Position numbers and translations under genes: made by a program. Of a stretch of DNA of 64,000 nt, positions 1-8,220 are shown in pieces (position 1 is the stretch's first letter; every line of letters starts with the position of its first letter). This DNA is from an uncultured virus (IMG/VR IMGVR_UViG_3300021963_000096) (lineage: Duplodnaviria; Heunggongvirae; Uroviricota; Caudoviricetes): IMG/VR virus record IMGVR_UViG_3300021963_000096, one strand, 5' to 3'. The notes beneath the pieces are model-generated. The model was not told the origin of the DNA, did no database searches, and saw nothing but the letters and a program-made list of their open reading frames with translations.

Positions 1-10
1 GGAAATCAAA

Positions 11-214
11 ATGAAAAAAGAAATCGTAGAAACATTGAAGCAACATTTCGGAGCACACATTCTTAAGCATAAAATGAATGTTGATATCATGTTAGCCAAT
101 CCTATGGCTATTCACGATCACACAGATTTAATGGATGCTATCGAAAAAGAAGTTAATCAGATTGCTGAATATATGGATAAACTTGAAGTAATGGAAAAAT
201 ATTTTAATGACTGA
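11..214 (+). CDS. hypothetical phage protein (67 aa)
   Basis: ORF in a tightly packed + strand run; no recognisable motif. Confidence 0.6.
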   Translation: MKKEIVETLKQHFGAHILKHKMNVDIMLANPMAIHDHTDLMDAIEKEVNQIAEYMDKLEVMEKYFND

Positions 215-401
215 AATTAAAATACCTTGGAAAAATCAAAGTAATGTTTTTTGGAACGAAACATGTGCCAAAATTCTTGAACACTTTGGTTTGCCGGGGG
301 ACAAATACACTACTGAAGTATCTGCTGACGATATGAAGTTCTTTTTTAAAAACGAAAAAGATGCTTTCTTTTGCAAGCTAATGATCAGCGAGGAAATATG
401 A
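207..401 (+). CDS. hypothetical phage protein (64 aa)
   Basis: Overlaps both neighbours in operon fashion; C-terminal F-F-x-x-E-K-D-A-x-F-x-x-L pattern resembles that of 6145..6390. Confidence 0.6.
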   Translation: MTEIKIPWKNQSNVFWNETCAKILEHFGLPGDKYTTEVSADDMKFFFKNEKDAFFCKLMISEEI

Positions 402-607
402 GAGATCGAATCATCGTAATACTCGCCCTTATATTCTGTATCTGTATACTGTTCTTTTCTGATTTTGGAAATTCTAGGACTAGAGTCTACGATTGTAGTA
501 TATCTGAAATCAGTCCAGATTTCCCCATCGAAGTCAAAGAAGAGTGTCGGAGGCTGAGAAGAGAGTACTACGAAGATCAGCATAGGAATAGTAGATATAT
601 TACATGA
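398..607 (+). CDS. small N-terminally membrane-anchored hypothetical protein
   Basis: Probable start ATG 398 (MRDRIIVILALIFCICILFF hydrophobic stretch) after GAGGA, overlapping the upstream stop as ATGA; the track starts it at 371. Confidence 0.6.
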   Translation: MRDRIIVILALIFCICILFFSDFGNSRTRVYDCSISEISPDFPIEVKEECRRLRREYYEDQHRNSRYIT

Positions 608-1422
608 GTAGAACATTATTTTTAGGTGATAGTCATACCTGCGGATACGTAACTGAACCCGGAAAGTTAGGTCCTGGCAGCTATAGTATGTGGAATGACA
701 ATAACTATGCCGAATGCTATGCTGAAGCATTCCAGAAACCTACTTCAGTTTATGCTTTACCCGGAGTTTGTAATAGAATATATCCAGATTGGCTACGCAC
801 AATGTTAGATAAACATCCTGAAACAGATGAAGTGTTTGTACTATTGGCCAGTTTCAATAGATTTGTGTTAGCTTTCAACGAAACACTTTCAACTGACATA
901 TTGCCGGCAGACTTTTTTACACTAGAACACGAGAAAAAGAATCCGTTAGTCGATCTATACTATGATCAAATTTTTAAAGATGATCGATTTCAATTATTAA
1001 ACAAACCAACATACGAAGATTTTGGAAAGATTGCTGATATTAATTTTGATTATCAAAATGGACTGATGAAACCCGATCTTAGAAAAGATTCATACATGGA
1101 AGTTAAACTGTTTTTTGAATTAAACACGCATCTAGAACAGCGAGATTTTTTTAAAGATATATTAGTAATGGATCGTATGTGTGAAGATCACGGTTGTAAA
1201 ATTTATTTTTTCAATATGACTGATAGAGTTCAGTTTCCTGAACGATTTGATTTTTATACTAAACTGAAATCTACGGTAATATCTCCTGTAACAATAGAAT
1301 CATTCTTTAGACAGAGATTTATAGATCATAAAAAATATTTTTTAGAAGACAAAGAACATTATAACAAAGCATTTCATGATTTAATAGCTACTAAATTCAT
1401 ACCATGGCTAAAAACGATTTAA
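604..1422 (+). CDS. SGNH/GDSL hydrolase-like protein
   Basis: N-terminal LFLGDSHTCG (GDS block I) and C-terminal DKEHYN (DxxH block V). Confidence 0.6.
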   Translation: MSRTLFLGDSHTCGYVTEPGKLGPGSYSMWNDNNYAECYAEAFQKPTSVYALPGVCNRIYPDWLRTMLDKHPETDEVFVLLASFNRFVLAFNETLSTDILPADFFTLEHEKKNPLVDLYYDQIFKDDRFQLLNKPTYEDFGKIADINFDYQNGLMKPDLRKDSYMEVKLFFELNTHLEQRDFFKDILVMDRMCEDHGCKIYFFNMTDRVQFPERFDFYTKLKSTVISPVTIESFFRQRFIDHKKYFLEDKEHYNKAFHDLIATKFIPWLKTI

Positions 1423-2006
1423 AAATATTATTAGCAGGAGATAGCTTTTCTGCGAAATGGCCTGATGGGCCGTCCGGTTGGCCGCAACTATTAGCCAAAG
1501 AATTTCACATAACTAATGTTTCTCAAGCCGGTGTAGGGGAATATAAGATCCTTAACCAAATTAAGTCACAGAATCTAAATAAGTTTGATTTAGTAATCGT
1601 AAATCATACCAGTCCTTTTAGAATACACACAAATAATCCTATCCACAATACAAAGCTACATAAAGATTGCGATTTAATTTTTAAAGATGTAGAATCAAAC
1701 CTAAATATCAATGACGAAAAAGTAGTCACTGCGTTTAATTGGTTCAAATATCATTATGACGAAAAATATCAAATAGATATCTACGATTTGATGAGAAAAG
1801 AAATTCAATCTATTATTAAAATTCCATATTTGGCTATAGATCATAGTCCAACTAGTTACGAAAGAGCATTTGAAGATTGCCATATCAATTTCAGCAATCA
1901 TTGGAGTTTTCATCGAGGATTAGTTAATCACTATACCGAAGAAGGAAACAAAATAGTTGCCCAACGAATCAAGGAGAAATTAAATGAGATGGATTTTAGA
2001 TGTTGA
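1404..2006 (+). CDS. SGNH/GDSL hydrolase-like protein
   Basis: ILLAGDSF block I, NVSQAGVG block II, C-terminal NHYTEEGNKIVA. Confidence 0.6.
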   Translation: MAKNDLKILLAGDSFSAKWPDGPSGWPQLLAKEFHITNVSQAGVGEYKILNQIKSQNLNKFDLVIVNHTSPFRIHTNNPIHNTKLHKDCDLIFKDVESNLNINDEKVVTAFNWFKYHYDEKYQIDIYDLMRKEIQSIIKIPYLAIDHSPTSYERAFEDCHINFSNHWSFHRGLVNHYTEEGNKIVAQRIKEKLNEMDFRC

Positions 2007-2151
2007 AGAAGACGGTACATTAACATTTCCTCCAGAGCTGTTAGAAGCGAATGGGTGGAAAGAAGGCGACGTTTTAGTTTGGAAAGATAATGGCGACGGT
2101 TCTTGGACATTGTCTAAGAAACTTGACAACGACGATGAAAAGAGTGTATAA
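1984..2151 (+). CDS. AbrB/MazE/SpoVT-like DNA-binding protein (55 aa, not in the ORF track)
   Basis: Hand translation MRWILDVEEDGTLTFPPELLEANGWKEGDVLVWKDNGDGSWTLSKKLDNDDEKSV; AAGGAG RBS at 1971-1976; L-x-F-P-x-E-L-L-x-x-x-G-W-x-E-G-D-x-L pattern typical of the AbrB fold. Confidence 0.75.
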   Translation: MRWILDVEEDGTLTFPPELLEANGWKEGDVLVWKDNGDGSWTLSKKLDNDDEKSV

Positions 2152-2152
2152 T
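2123..2152 (+). promoter_or_regulatory. sigma70-type promoter
   Basis: TTGACA (2123-2128), 18 nt, TATAAT (2147-2152); both hexamers are consensus. Confidence 0.75.
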
Positions 2153-2157
2153 ATATT

Positions 2158-2430
2158 ATGAACAATAAAACTCAAGAAATTATGAGCATTCTTCAAGAAG
2201 AATGCGCCGAAGTCACACAAGCGGTATCGAAGTGCTTTCGATTTGGTCTTGATAATAAGAAACCAGGAAAGCCATTAACTAATAGAGAACATCTAGAAGT
2301 TGAACTCGGTGATGTGTTGGCTATGATAGAACTATTAGAAAACATCGGAGTTGTTTCTTCTAAAGCAGTTGATGATGCTAAAGAAGCCAAGTTCGAAAAA
2401 TTAAAAACATGGTCAAGCATATATGAGTAA
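2158..2430 (+). CDS. mazG: MazG-like nucleotide pyrophosphohydrolase
   Basis: LQEECAEV ... LEVELGDVLAM (ExxE...ExxD metal-binding helices). Confidence 0.75.
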   Translation: MNNKTQEIMSILQEECAEVTQAVSKCFRFGLDNKKPGKPLTNREHLEVELGDVLAMIELLENIGVVSSKAVDDAKEAKFEKLKTWSSIYE

Positions 2431-3274
2431 ACTAAAAATCGCAGAGCTGTTTTACAGCATTCAAGGTGAAGGACGCTTTATGGGCGTTCCTTCTGTTTTC
2501 TTACGTACATTCGGTTGTAACTTTAAATGTGCTGGCTTCGGTATGCCTAAAGGGGAACTGAGCAAAGAAGTTGAAGATATAGCTTCTCGAGTACATTATT
2601 TTAAAACATATGAAGAACTTCCATTGGTTTCTACTGGTTGTGATAGCTATGCTAGCTGGGATCCTCGCTTTAAGGATCTTAGCCCAATGCTTACTAGCGA
2701 CGCCATCGCAGAAAGAATCTCTGAAATTCTACCATTCAAGGAATGGCGAGACGAGCACCTTGTCATCACAGGAGGAGAACCGTTGCTTGGGTGGCAACGT
2801 GCTTACCCCGAACTGTTAGATCATCCTAAGATGAAAGACCTCAAAGAAATTACATTTGAAACGAATGGTACTCAAAAGCTAACCCCAACTTTTAAAGATT
2901 ACTTGCGAGACTGGGGTATGGAAAATCGAGGGTATCATCGATTGACATTTTCAGTCAGTGCTAAATTAAGTTGTTCTGGTGAGGAGCGGCATGAAGCTAT
3001 CCGACCCGAAGTTGTCTGCGAATATGAAGAAGTTGGCTATACCTATTTGAAATTTGTTGTAGCCACAGAGGAAGATGCTGAAGAAGCGATCGAAACTTAT
3101 GACATTTATAGAGCAGAAGGATTTAGTGGTCCTTGTTATCTAATGCCCGTAGGCGGAGTTGAAAGTGTCTATACATTAAATAATCGCCGTGTAGCAGAAC
3201 TAGCAATGAAAGCAGGCCTACGCTATTCAGATCGCTTACAGGTACCTTTATTTAAAAATGAGTGGGGAACATAA
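2423..3274 (+). CDS. queE: 7-carboxy-7-deazaguanine synthase QueE-like radical SAM enzyme
   Basis: ELFYSIQGEG...G.PSVFLRTFGCNFKC, CDS, LVITGGEPLL, FETNGT, SVSAK, C-terminal RLQ; cluster motif is CX3CX36C. Confidence 0.85.
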   Translation: MSKLKIAELFYSIQGEGRFMGVPSVFLRTFGCNFKCAGFGMPKGELSKEVEDIASRVHYFKTYEELPLVSTGCDSYASWDPRFKDLSPMLTSDAIAERISEILPFKEWRDEHLVITGGEPLLGWQRAYPELLDHPKMKDLKEITFETNGTQKLTPTFKDYLRDWGMENRGYHRLTFSVSAKLSCSGEERHEAIRPEVVCEYEEVGYTYLKFVVATEEDAEEAIETYDIYRAEGFSGPCYLMPVGGVESVYTLNNRRVAELAMKAGLRYSDRLQVPLFKNEWGT

Positions 3275-3702
3275 TGAAAGACTTTATTAAACGAATTACA
3301 GGTCTTAAGAAATTAGAAGAAGAAAAACAAGCTCTTGAAGAAGCTAGAGATAAAGCAGTTGCCGAAACAGTTAGAGCACAAGAAGCCGAAGAACTAGCCA
3401 AACTAACACCAAAAGAACGTGCTACCAAAAAAGGAGAGGCTTGGGTATCTGTGCTCGATACCAAAGTAAATCCAGATAACATCCGCAACGGCTTTTTTGA
3501 ACTTGACTGGAATGAGCTTTTTGTGCTAAAATTAAAGCAAGAGGGATATGGTTTTGAAGGTGATCCTGAGGAGGAAATCGTCGATCGTTGGTTTAGAGAT
3601 ATTGTTCGACAGATGCTTTCCGACGAAGGACTAGATGTTAATAGACCAGCAGGCTATATCAATGTTACACCAATTTCTAAAGGCAAATCAGAGGTTTCAT
3701 GA
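3262..3702 (+). CDS. hypothetical phage protein (start possibly 3274)
   Basis: ORF between queE and rnh; FFELDWN motif; function unknown. Confidence 0.65.
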   Translation: MGNIMKDFIKRITGLKKLEEEKQALEEARDKAVAETVRAQEAEELAKLTPKERATKKGEAWVSVLDTKVNPDNIRNGFFELDWNELFVLKLKQEGYGFEGDPEEEIVDRWFRDIVRQMLSDEGLDVNRPAGYINVTPISKGKSEVS

Positions 3703-4685
3703 CCTATATTTTAGTCGATACTGCTAACACATTTTTTCGTGCTAGACACGTAATTCGCGGTGATGCTGATATTAAGATCGGCATGGCTTTTCACATCACA
3801 TTAAACTCTATACGCAAGGCTTGGCAAGATTTTAATGGGTCTCATGTCATCTTCTGTTTAGAAGGTCGCTCATGGCGTAAAGACTACTACGAGCCTTACA
3901 AACGCAATCGCAGTGATGCTAGAGCAGCTCTTAATGAAAGAGAACAAGAAGAAGATAAACTGTTCTGGGAAGCATTTGACACATTTAAAGAATTCGTGTC
4001 AGAAAAAACAAACTGTACAGTTTTACATAATCCTCGGCTTGAAGCTGATGATCTTATAGCAGGATGGATACAGAATCATCCCGAATCACAACACGTTATA
4101 ATCTCCACTGACAGCGACTTTGAGCAGTTAATCGCTCCGAATGTAAAACAATACAACGGTGTCAGCGAGATTACCATAACACATGACGGATATTATGATG
4201 CCAAAGGTAACAGAGTCAAGGACAAAAAGACAGGCGAAGAAAAAGCAGCCCCAAATCCAGAATGGCTCTTGTTTGAAAAATGTATGCGTGGTGATACCAG
4301 TGATAATGTCTTCTCAGCGTATCCGGGTGTGCGTACTAAAGGCACAAGCAAAAAGGTGGGTCTTACTGAAGCGTTCGAAGATCGTAAAAGCAAAGGATTT
4401 GCGTGGAACAATCTCATGCTTCAGAGATGGGTTGACCACAATGGACAAGAACACAGAGTCTTAGAAGATTATGAACGCAATCGTCGATTAATCGATCTTA
4501 GCCATCAACCCGACGACATCAAAGAAGTAATCAATGATACTATCAATCAAGCAATCACTTCTAACAAAAATATTAGCCAGGTCGGAATAAGACTAATGAA
4601 GTTCTGTAATCTTTTCGACCTTAAAAAGATTTCCGATCAAGCACAAAGTTATTCGGAGCCATTAAATGCGAGGTATACACAATGA
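3699..4685 (+). CDS. rnh: T4-type RNase H / 5'-3' exonuclease (FEN family)
   Basis: ILVD.AN, SWRKDYY.PYK.NR, LEADDLI, IISTDSDF.QL, GD.SDNV motifs. Confidence 0.9.
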   Translation: MTYILVDTANTFFRARHVIRGDADIKIGMAFHITLNSIRKAWQDFNGSHVIFCLEGRSWRKDYYEPYKRNRSDARAALNEREQEEDKLFWEAFDTFKEFVSEKTNCTVLHNPRLEADDLIAGWIQNHPESQHVIISTDSDFEQLIAPNVKQYNGVSEITITHDGYYDAKGNRVKDKKTGEEKAAPNPEWLLFEKCMRGDTSDNVFSAYPGVRTKGTSKKVGLTEAFEDRKSKGFAWNNLMLQRWVDHNGQEHRVLEDYERNRRLIDLSHQPDDIKEVINDTINQAITSNKNISQVGIRLMKFCNLFDLKKISDQAQSYSEPLNARYTQ

Positions 4686-5158
4686 CAGACATACATGCCA
4701 AACCGATTATCGATAATAAGTTTTGGATCATCGAAGAGAACGGAGAGAAAGTCGCGACCCTTAGAAAGAATGAGGATGAGCGATTTGTTATGAGTAATGA
4801 AAAGGGCGTTAAGATATATGAAACTAAAAAAAGTCTAACTGATCAATTTGGTAAAGATTTTTTTGTAGTTAAGATTCTTAAAGAAGCACGTGATGCTGAC
4901 CCGTTAGAAGTTCACGGATATCCTACTAGTGCCGAACCACACAATGCCATGTACGACATCCAGAAAAAACTTCCACTGTTTACCAAGAGCGGGGATTCAA
5001 AAAGTCTTTACTGTGCCGGTTACTATGTGATTCGATTCGACAAAGGTTGGGTCAAAAGTTTCTGTCCTAAATTGATTACTTTACAACGGTATCAATATGA
5101 AGGCCCATTCAAGACAGAAGTAGAAATGCGTCAGAGGTTATCAAGTGTCTCAAGATAA
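4682..5158 (+). CDS. hypothetical phage protein
   Basis: ATGA-coupled to rnh; no recognised motif. Confidence 0.65.
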   Translation: MTDIHAKPIIDNKFWIIEENGEKVATLRKNEDERFVMSNEKGVKIYETKKSLTDQFGKDFFVVKILKEARDADPLEVHGYPTSAEPHNAMYDIQKKLPLFTKSGDSKSLYCAGYYVIRFDKGWVKSFCPKLITLQRYQYEGPFKTEVEMRQRLSSVSR

Positions 5159-5393
5159 AATTTCAATTCAACTACCTAGTGTAGAAAGACTAGTACAACG
5201 GTTGGTTACTGCTGAAAAAACCAATCAAAAAGAAATACGGATCACTGTTCATGAAGCACGTGAACTCGTCACTGACCTTAGTCTATTAACAACTAAACTA
5301 GGTAAACATATCCAAGAAATACATGCGAAATTGGACAAACTGACTCCCGAACAACAGCAAATAACAGTACAGATGGATGGGGGTATATTTTAA
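5145..5393 (+). CDS. hypothetical protein (helical/coiled-coil)
   Basis: GTG start after GAGG; fills the gap in the operon. Confidence 0.55.
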   Translation: MSQDKISIQLPSVERLVQRLVTAEKTNQKEIRITVHEARELVTDLSLLTTKLGKHIQEIHAKLDKLTPEQQQITVQMDGGIF

Positions 5394-5397
5394 AAAG

Positions 5398-5404
5398 ATA
5401 AATA
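5398..5404 (+). promoter_or_regulatory. T4-like late (gp55-dependent) promoter
   Basis: Intergenic ATAAATA upstream of 5432; matches the T4 TATAAATA core, which recurs before other genes in the window. Confidence 0.6.
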
Positions 5405-5431
5405 TATGCGTGTATTATTGTAGAGAAATAA

Positions 5432-5725
5432 ATGAGTAGACCCAAGCCAAAGATACTGTTAGAGTATGCTAACAAGGAAAATTTTAAGGTAGATCAGATT
5501 CTCGAGTCTGATGCTATTTGGGCTGTCTTTTATTTAGGCAAACCTTTCAATTTAAAAAGCGGTAGCTTGATATCTAGTTACCCTGGACCTAAATATAAGA
5601 AGGTAAGTTTTTCTAATCCTGGCCACGCATACAACCTAGCAAAAAAATTAAACAAACTGTTTAAGACAGAAGATTTTCAAGTTGTCAAATTGACACAGGG
5701 CGAAATCATCACGTCGAAAAAATGA
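5432..5725 (+). CDS. hypothetical phage protein (basic)
   Basis: ORF with GAGA-type RBS after a late-promoter motif. Confidence 0.7.
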   Translation: MSRPKPKILLEYANKENFKVDQILESDAIWAVFYLGKPFNLKSGSLISSYPGPKYKKVSFSNPGHAYNLAKKLNKLFKTEDFQVVKLTQGEIITSKK

Positions 5726-6111
5726 AAAACAAAGATGTCTATACACAAGTATTCCTAAAAGCTGCTGAAGAAGAATTTAACGAAGAGATAATAAATTCTA
5801 AAAAAAGTATTTGGTGGTGGAGTACAAGAAATAAAGACAGTGGCGGACTACGGCTTACTGAAGAAGGTATAAACTACATCATTGAAAAATCCGATCTAAA
5901 AACCTACAAGATCAAATTCCCAAACGAAATCACTATTACTCCACAAATACTTGTATGGCTTGACAATTTCATTGAAAGCCCGTATTATATAACAAAGAAA
6001 GACATAACTGTTATTGCTGAAAAGGCAGCTTTTGAACTTTACCTATTTTCGGGCGATATCCGCAAACTAGGATATGGTAAAGCATTACGAAAAAGAATGA
6101 ACCAAGATTAG
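5722..6111 (+). CDS. hypothetical phage protein
   Basis: ATGA-coupled; GGLRLTEEG motif; function unknown. Confidence 0.65.
   Translation: MKNKDVYTQVFLKAAEEEFNEEIINSKKSIWWWSTRNKDSGGLRLTEEGINYIIEKSDLKTYKIKFPNEITITPQILVWLDNFIESPYYITKKDITVIAEKAAFELYLFSGDIRKLGYGKALRKRMNQD
5960..5988 (+). promoter_or_regulatory. possible intragenic sigma70-type promoter
   Basis: TTGACA (5960-5965), 17 nt, TATTAT (5983-5988) inside ORF 5722..6111. Confidence 0.45.
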
Positions 6112-6133
6112 TATCTCGAACTTCCTAACACCG

Positions 6134-6139
6134 TAAATA
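6134..6139 (+). promoter_or_regulatory. T4-like late promoter core
   Basis: Intergenic TAAATA, 5 nt before ATG 6145. Confidence 0.5.
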
Positions 6140-6144
6140 CTAGC

Positions 6145-6390
6145 ATGAATCTTAATCCGTTAAACATCTTGAACAAAAGATCTTTATCATGGATCCCTCC
6201 GCATTTTGCTCGGATCAAAATAAAGCATCAACTTTTTGAAAAAGATCTCGAAGATTGGATAACATATAAACTAAGAGGTAGATATTGTCTCATTCAAAGT
6301 TTAGACAATAATACTGCTACAATAGGATTTGAAGATGAAAAAGAACTAACATATTTTATGTTAGCCTGTCCACATTTTAGGAGAATATAA
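6145..6390 (+). CDS. hypothetical phage protein
   Basis: C-terminal IGFEDEKELTYFML; function unknown. Confidence 0.65.
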   Translation: MNLNPLNILNKRSLSWIPPHFARIKIKHQLFEKDLEDWITYKLRGRYCLIQSLDNNTATIGFEDEKELTYFMLACPHFRRI

Positions 6391-6620
6391 TGGCAGAAGA
6401 AGTTAAACAAGAACAACCGCAAGCACAACCGTCAGAAGCTAAGGCACCCGAACTCACTATCAATGATCTCGGAGCTCTACGTACCATTGTCGATGTTGCT
6501 ACACAGCGTGGTGCTTTTAAAGCGGCAGAAATGGAATCAGTCGGAAAAGTCTATAACAGACTAGCATCATTCCTAGAGAGCGTAACACCGAAAGCAGAAG
6601 GACAAAAAGAAAATGGCTAA
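6390..6620 (+). CDS. hypothetical phage protein
   Basis: Strong AGGAG RBS; TAATG coupling to the upstream gene. Confidence 0.7.
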   Translation: MAEEVKQEQPQAQPSEAKAPELTINDLGALRTIVDVATQRGAFKAAEMESVGKVYNRLASFLESVTPKAEGQKENG

Positions 6621-7233
6621 TATTAAACATGTAGGTCGTATGAAGTCTAACAAGGCAAAAATCTTGGTAGTTTTCAAAACGTTACCGAACGACTCAGATC
6701 ACTGTCTTGTTGTCGGTACAGCGAGTTTAGATGATGTGTATCATAACTCCATTATCAACCTTGTCGAAAGTCAACAAGCACAGGACACGTTCGAGTTCGG
6801 TGAAATCCTTTCTATTCGATATTTTCCAGACGGAAAACCGATGTTAGCTGCTTTACATCAAAATCGGAACCTAATCCGTGTTCCTACTAAAGATGTAGAA
6901 ATGACGCCTAGCACAACTACAGTTATTTCTTTAGATGAGCTCAACAATTTAATCGCAGAACAGCGAGGTGTAAAAGTTGAAGATCTAGCTATCACAGCAA
7001 GTTCAAATAAATCTGAAGTAAAAGAAGTTGCTAAAGTTAAAGATCTAATGGAACAGGCTCCGGCTCCCGAAGTTAAGACTGATGGAGTATTGTCTGACAC
7101 TGATTTAGCTAAATCATATCGCAGTCAAGCAGATGCTATGTACAAAGAAGCTGCTAGATTACGTAAACAAGCAGATGAACTAGATCCGCCGAAGAAAAAG
7201 ACGGTAAAGGTATCAGAAGAAGCTAGTGCCTAA
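6613..7233 (+). CDS. hypothetical phage protein
   Basis: 206-aa ORF with a charged C-terminal helix. Confidence 0.7.
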   Translation: MANIKHVGRMKSNKAKILVVFKTLPNDSDHCLVVGTASLDDVYHNSIINLVESQQAQDTFEFGEILSIRYFPDGKPMLAALHQNRNLIRVPTKDVEMTPSTTTVISLDELNNLIAEQRGVKVEDLAITASSNKSEVKEVAKVKDLMEQAPAPEVKTDGVLSDTDLAKSYRSQADAMYKEAARLRKQADELDPPKKKTVKVSEEASA

Positions 7234-7540
7234 AAAATACTTCAAGCCTCCAAAAGATGTTATAAAAGAGTGGCCCGAAGTATTTGAAGAGATATACATG
7301 AGCTCAATGCCCATCAAGTATATCAATGGAGTAGAGCTAACTTTTAATGACGGTAGAGTTTGGGAAATCGATCTTCCGGAACAATTGAATCTCGCCGATG
7401 AAGATGCTATCATTGAAAAACTCTCTGAGGGAATCAGAGATTTTCAAGAAGAAATCATTACCATTAATTTTCAGGTTGATATCGATAGACTCAAACAAGA
7501 TATTATAAACTTAACACAAAATATATTAGGTGACAAATGA
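7226..7540 (+). CDS. hypothetical phage protein (acidic)
   Basis: GTG start overlapping the upstream stop; coupled to thyX. Confidence 0.6.
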   Translation: MPKKYFKPPKDVIKEWPEVFEEIYMSSMPIKYINGVELTFNDGRVWEIDLPEQLNLADEDAIIEKLSEGIRDFQEEIITINFQVDIDRLKQDIINLTQNILGDK

Positions 7541-8220
7541 ATGTTAATCTCGTTTCCTACTCACAGCCCACAGGTAGATTTAAAGATATGGGCATCTCGG
7601 ATGCACAAGAACTTATCGCGTATTGTGCCCGTGTCAGCAATCCCTCCAATCAACTCAACACAGACACCTCCGAAAAACTCATCAGATACTTGGTCAAACA
7701 CAAACACTGGTCACCACTTGAAATGGTCTCAGCCTGCCTCGAAATCACAACTACCCGAGACATCGCAAGACAGATTCTCAGACACAGAAGTTTCTCATTC
7801 CAAGAGTTCAGTCAGCGATATGCTGACCCTACTAAAGATCTCTCGTTCGTATTTAGAGAAGCACGACTACAGGATACCAAGAATCGACAAAATAGTATAG
7901 AATTAGATCTAAGAAATGATGAGCATCGCCAGATAGCCTACCAATGGGAAAATCTACAGCGTGATCTCGTTAATCAGGCCAAGGATGTTTACGAATGGGC
8001 TGTTTCTAAAGGTATAGCTAAAGAGCAGGCTCGTGCTGTGTTACCAGAAGGACTTATTGAAAGTCGTTTATATATGAATGGTACACTGCGAAGCTGGATT
8101 CACTTTATCGAATTGCGTAGTGCTAATGGTACACAGAAAGAACACCAAGAGGTGGCCATAGCCTGTGCTAAAGTGATAGCTGAAATATTTCCGTTAACTG
8201 ACGATTTTATCAGCCAATAA
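7537..8220 (+). CDS. thyX: flavin-dependent thymidylate synthase
   Basis: ThyX motif RHRSFSFQEFSQRY, HWSPLE, AKEQARAVLP, NGTLRSW, TQKEH. Confidence 0.95.
   Translation: MNVNLVSYSQPTGRFKDMGISDAQELIAYCARVSNPSNQLNTDTSEKLIRYLVKHKHWSPLEMVSACLEITTTRDIARQILRHRSFSFQEFSQRYADPTKDLSFVFREARLQDTKNRQNSIELDLRNDEHRQIAYQWENLQRDLVNQAKDVYEWAVSKGIAKEQARAVLPEGLIESRLYMNGTLRSWIHFIELRSANGTQKEHQEVAIACAKVIAEIFPLTDDFISQ

Noticed and set aside
8194..8220. 27-nt convergent 3' overlap of thyX and the radical SAM gene
   Set aside because: Common in compact phage genomes; no terminator or other structure evident.
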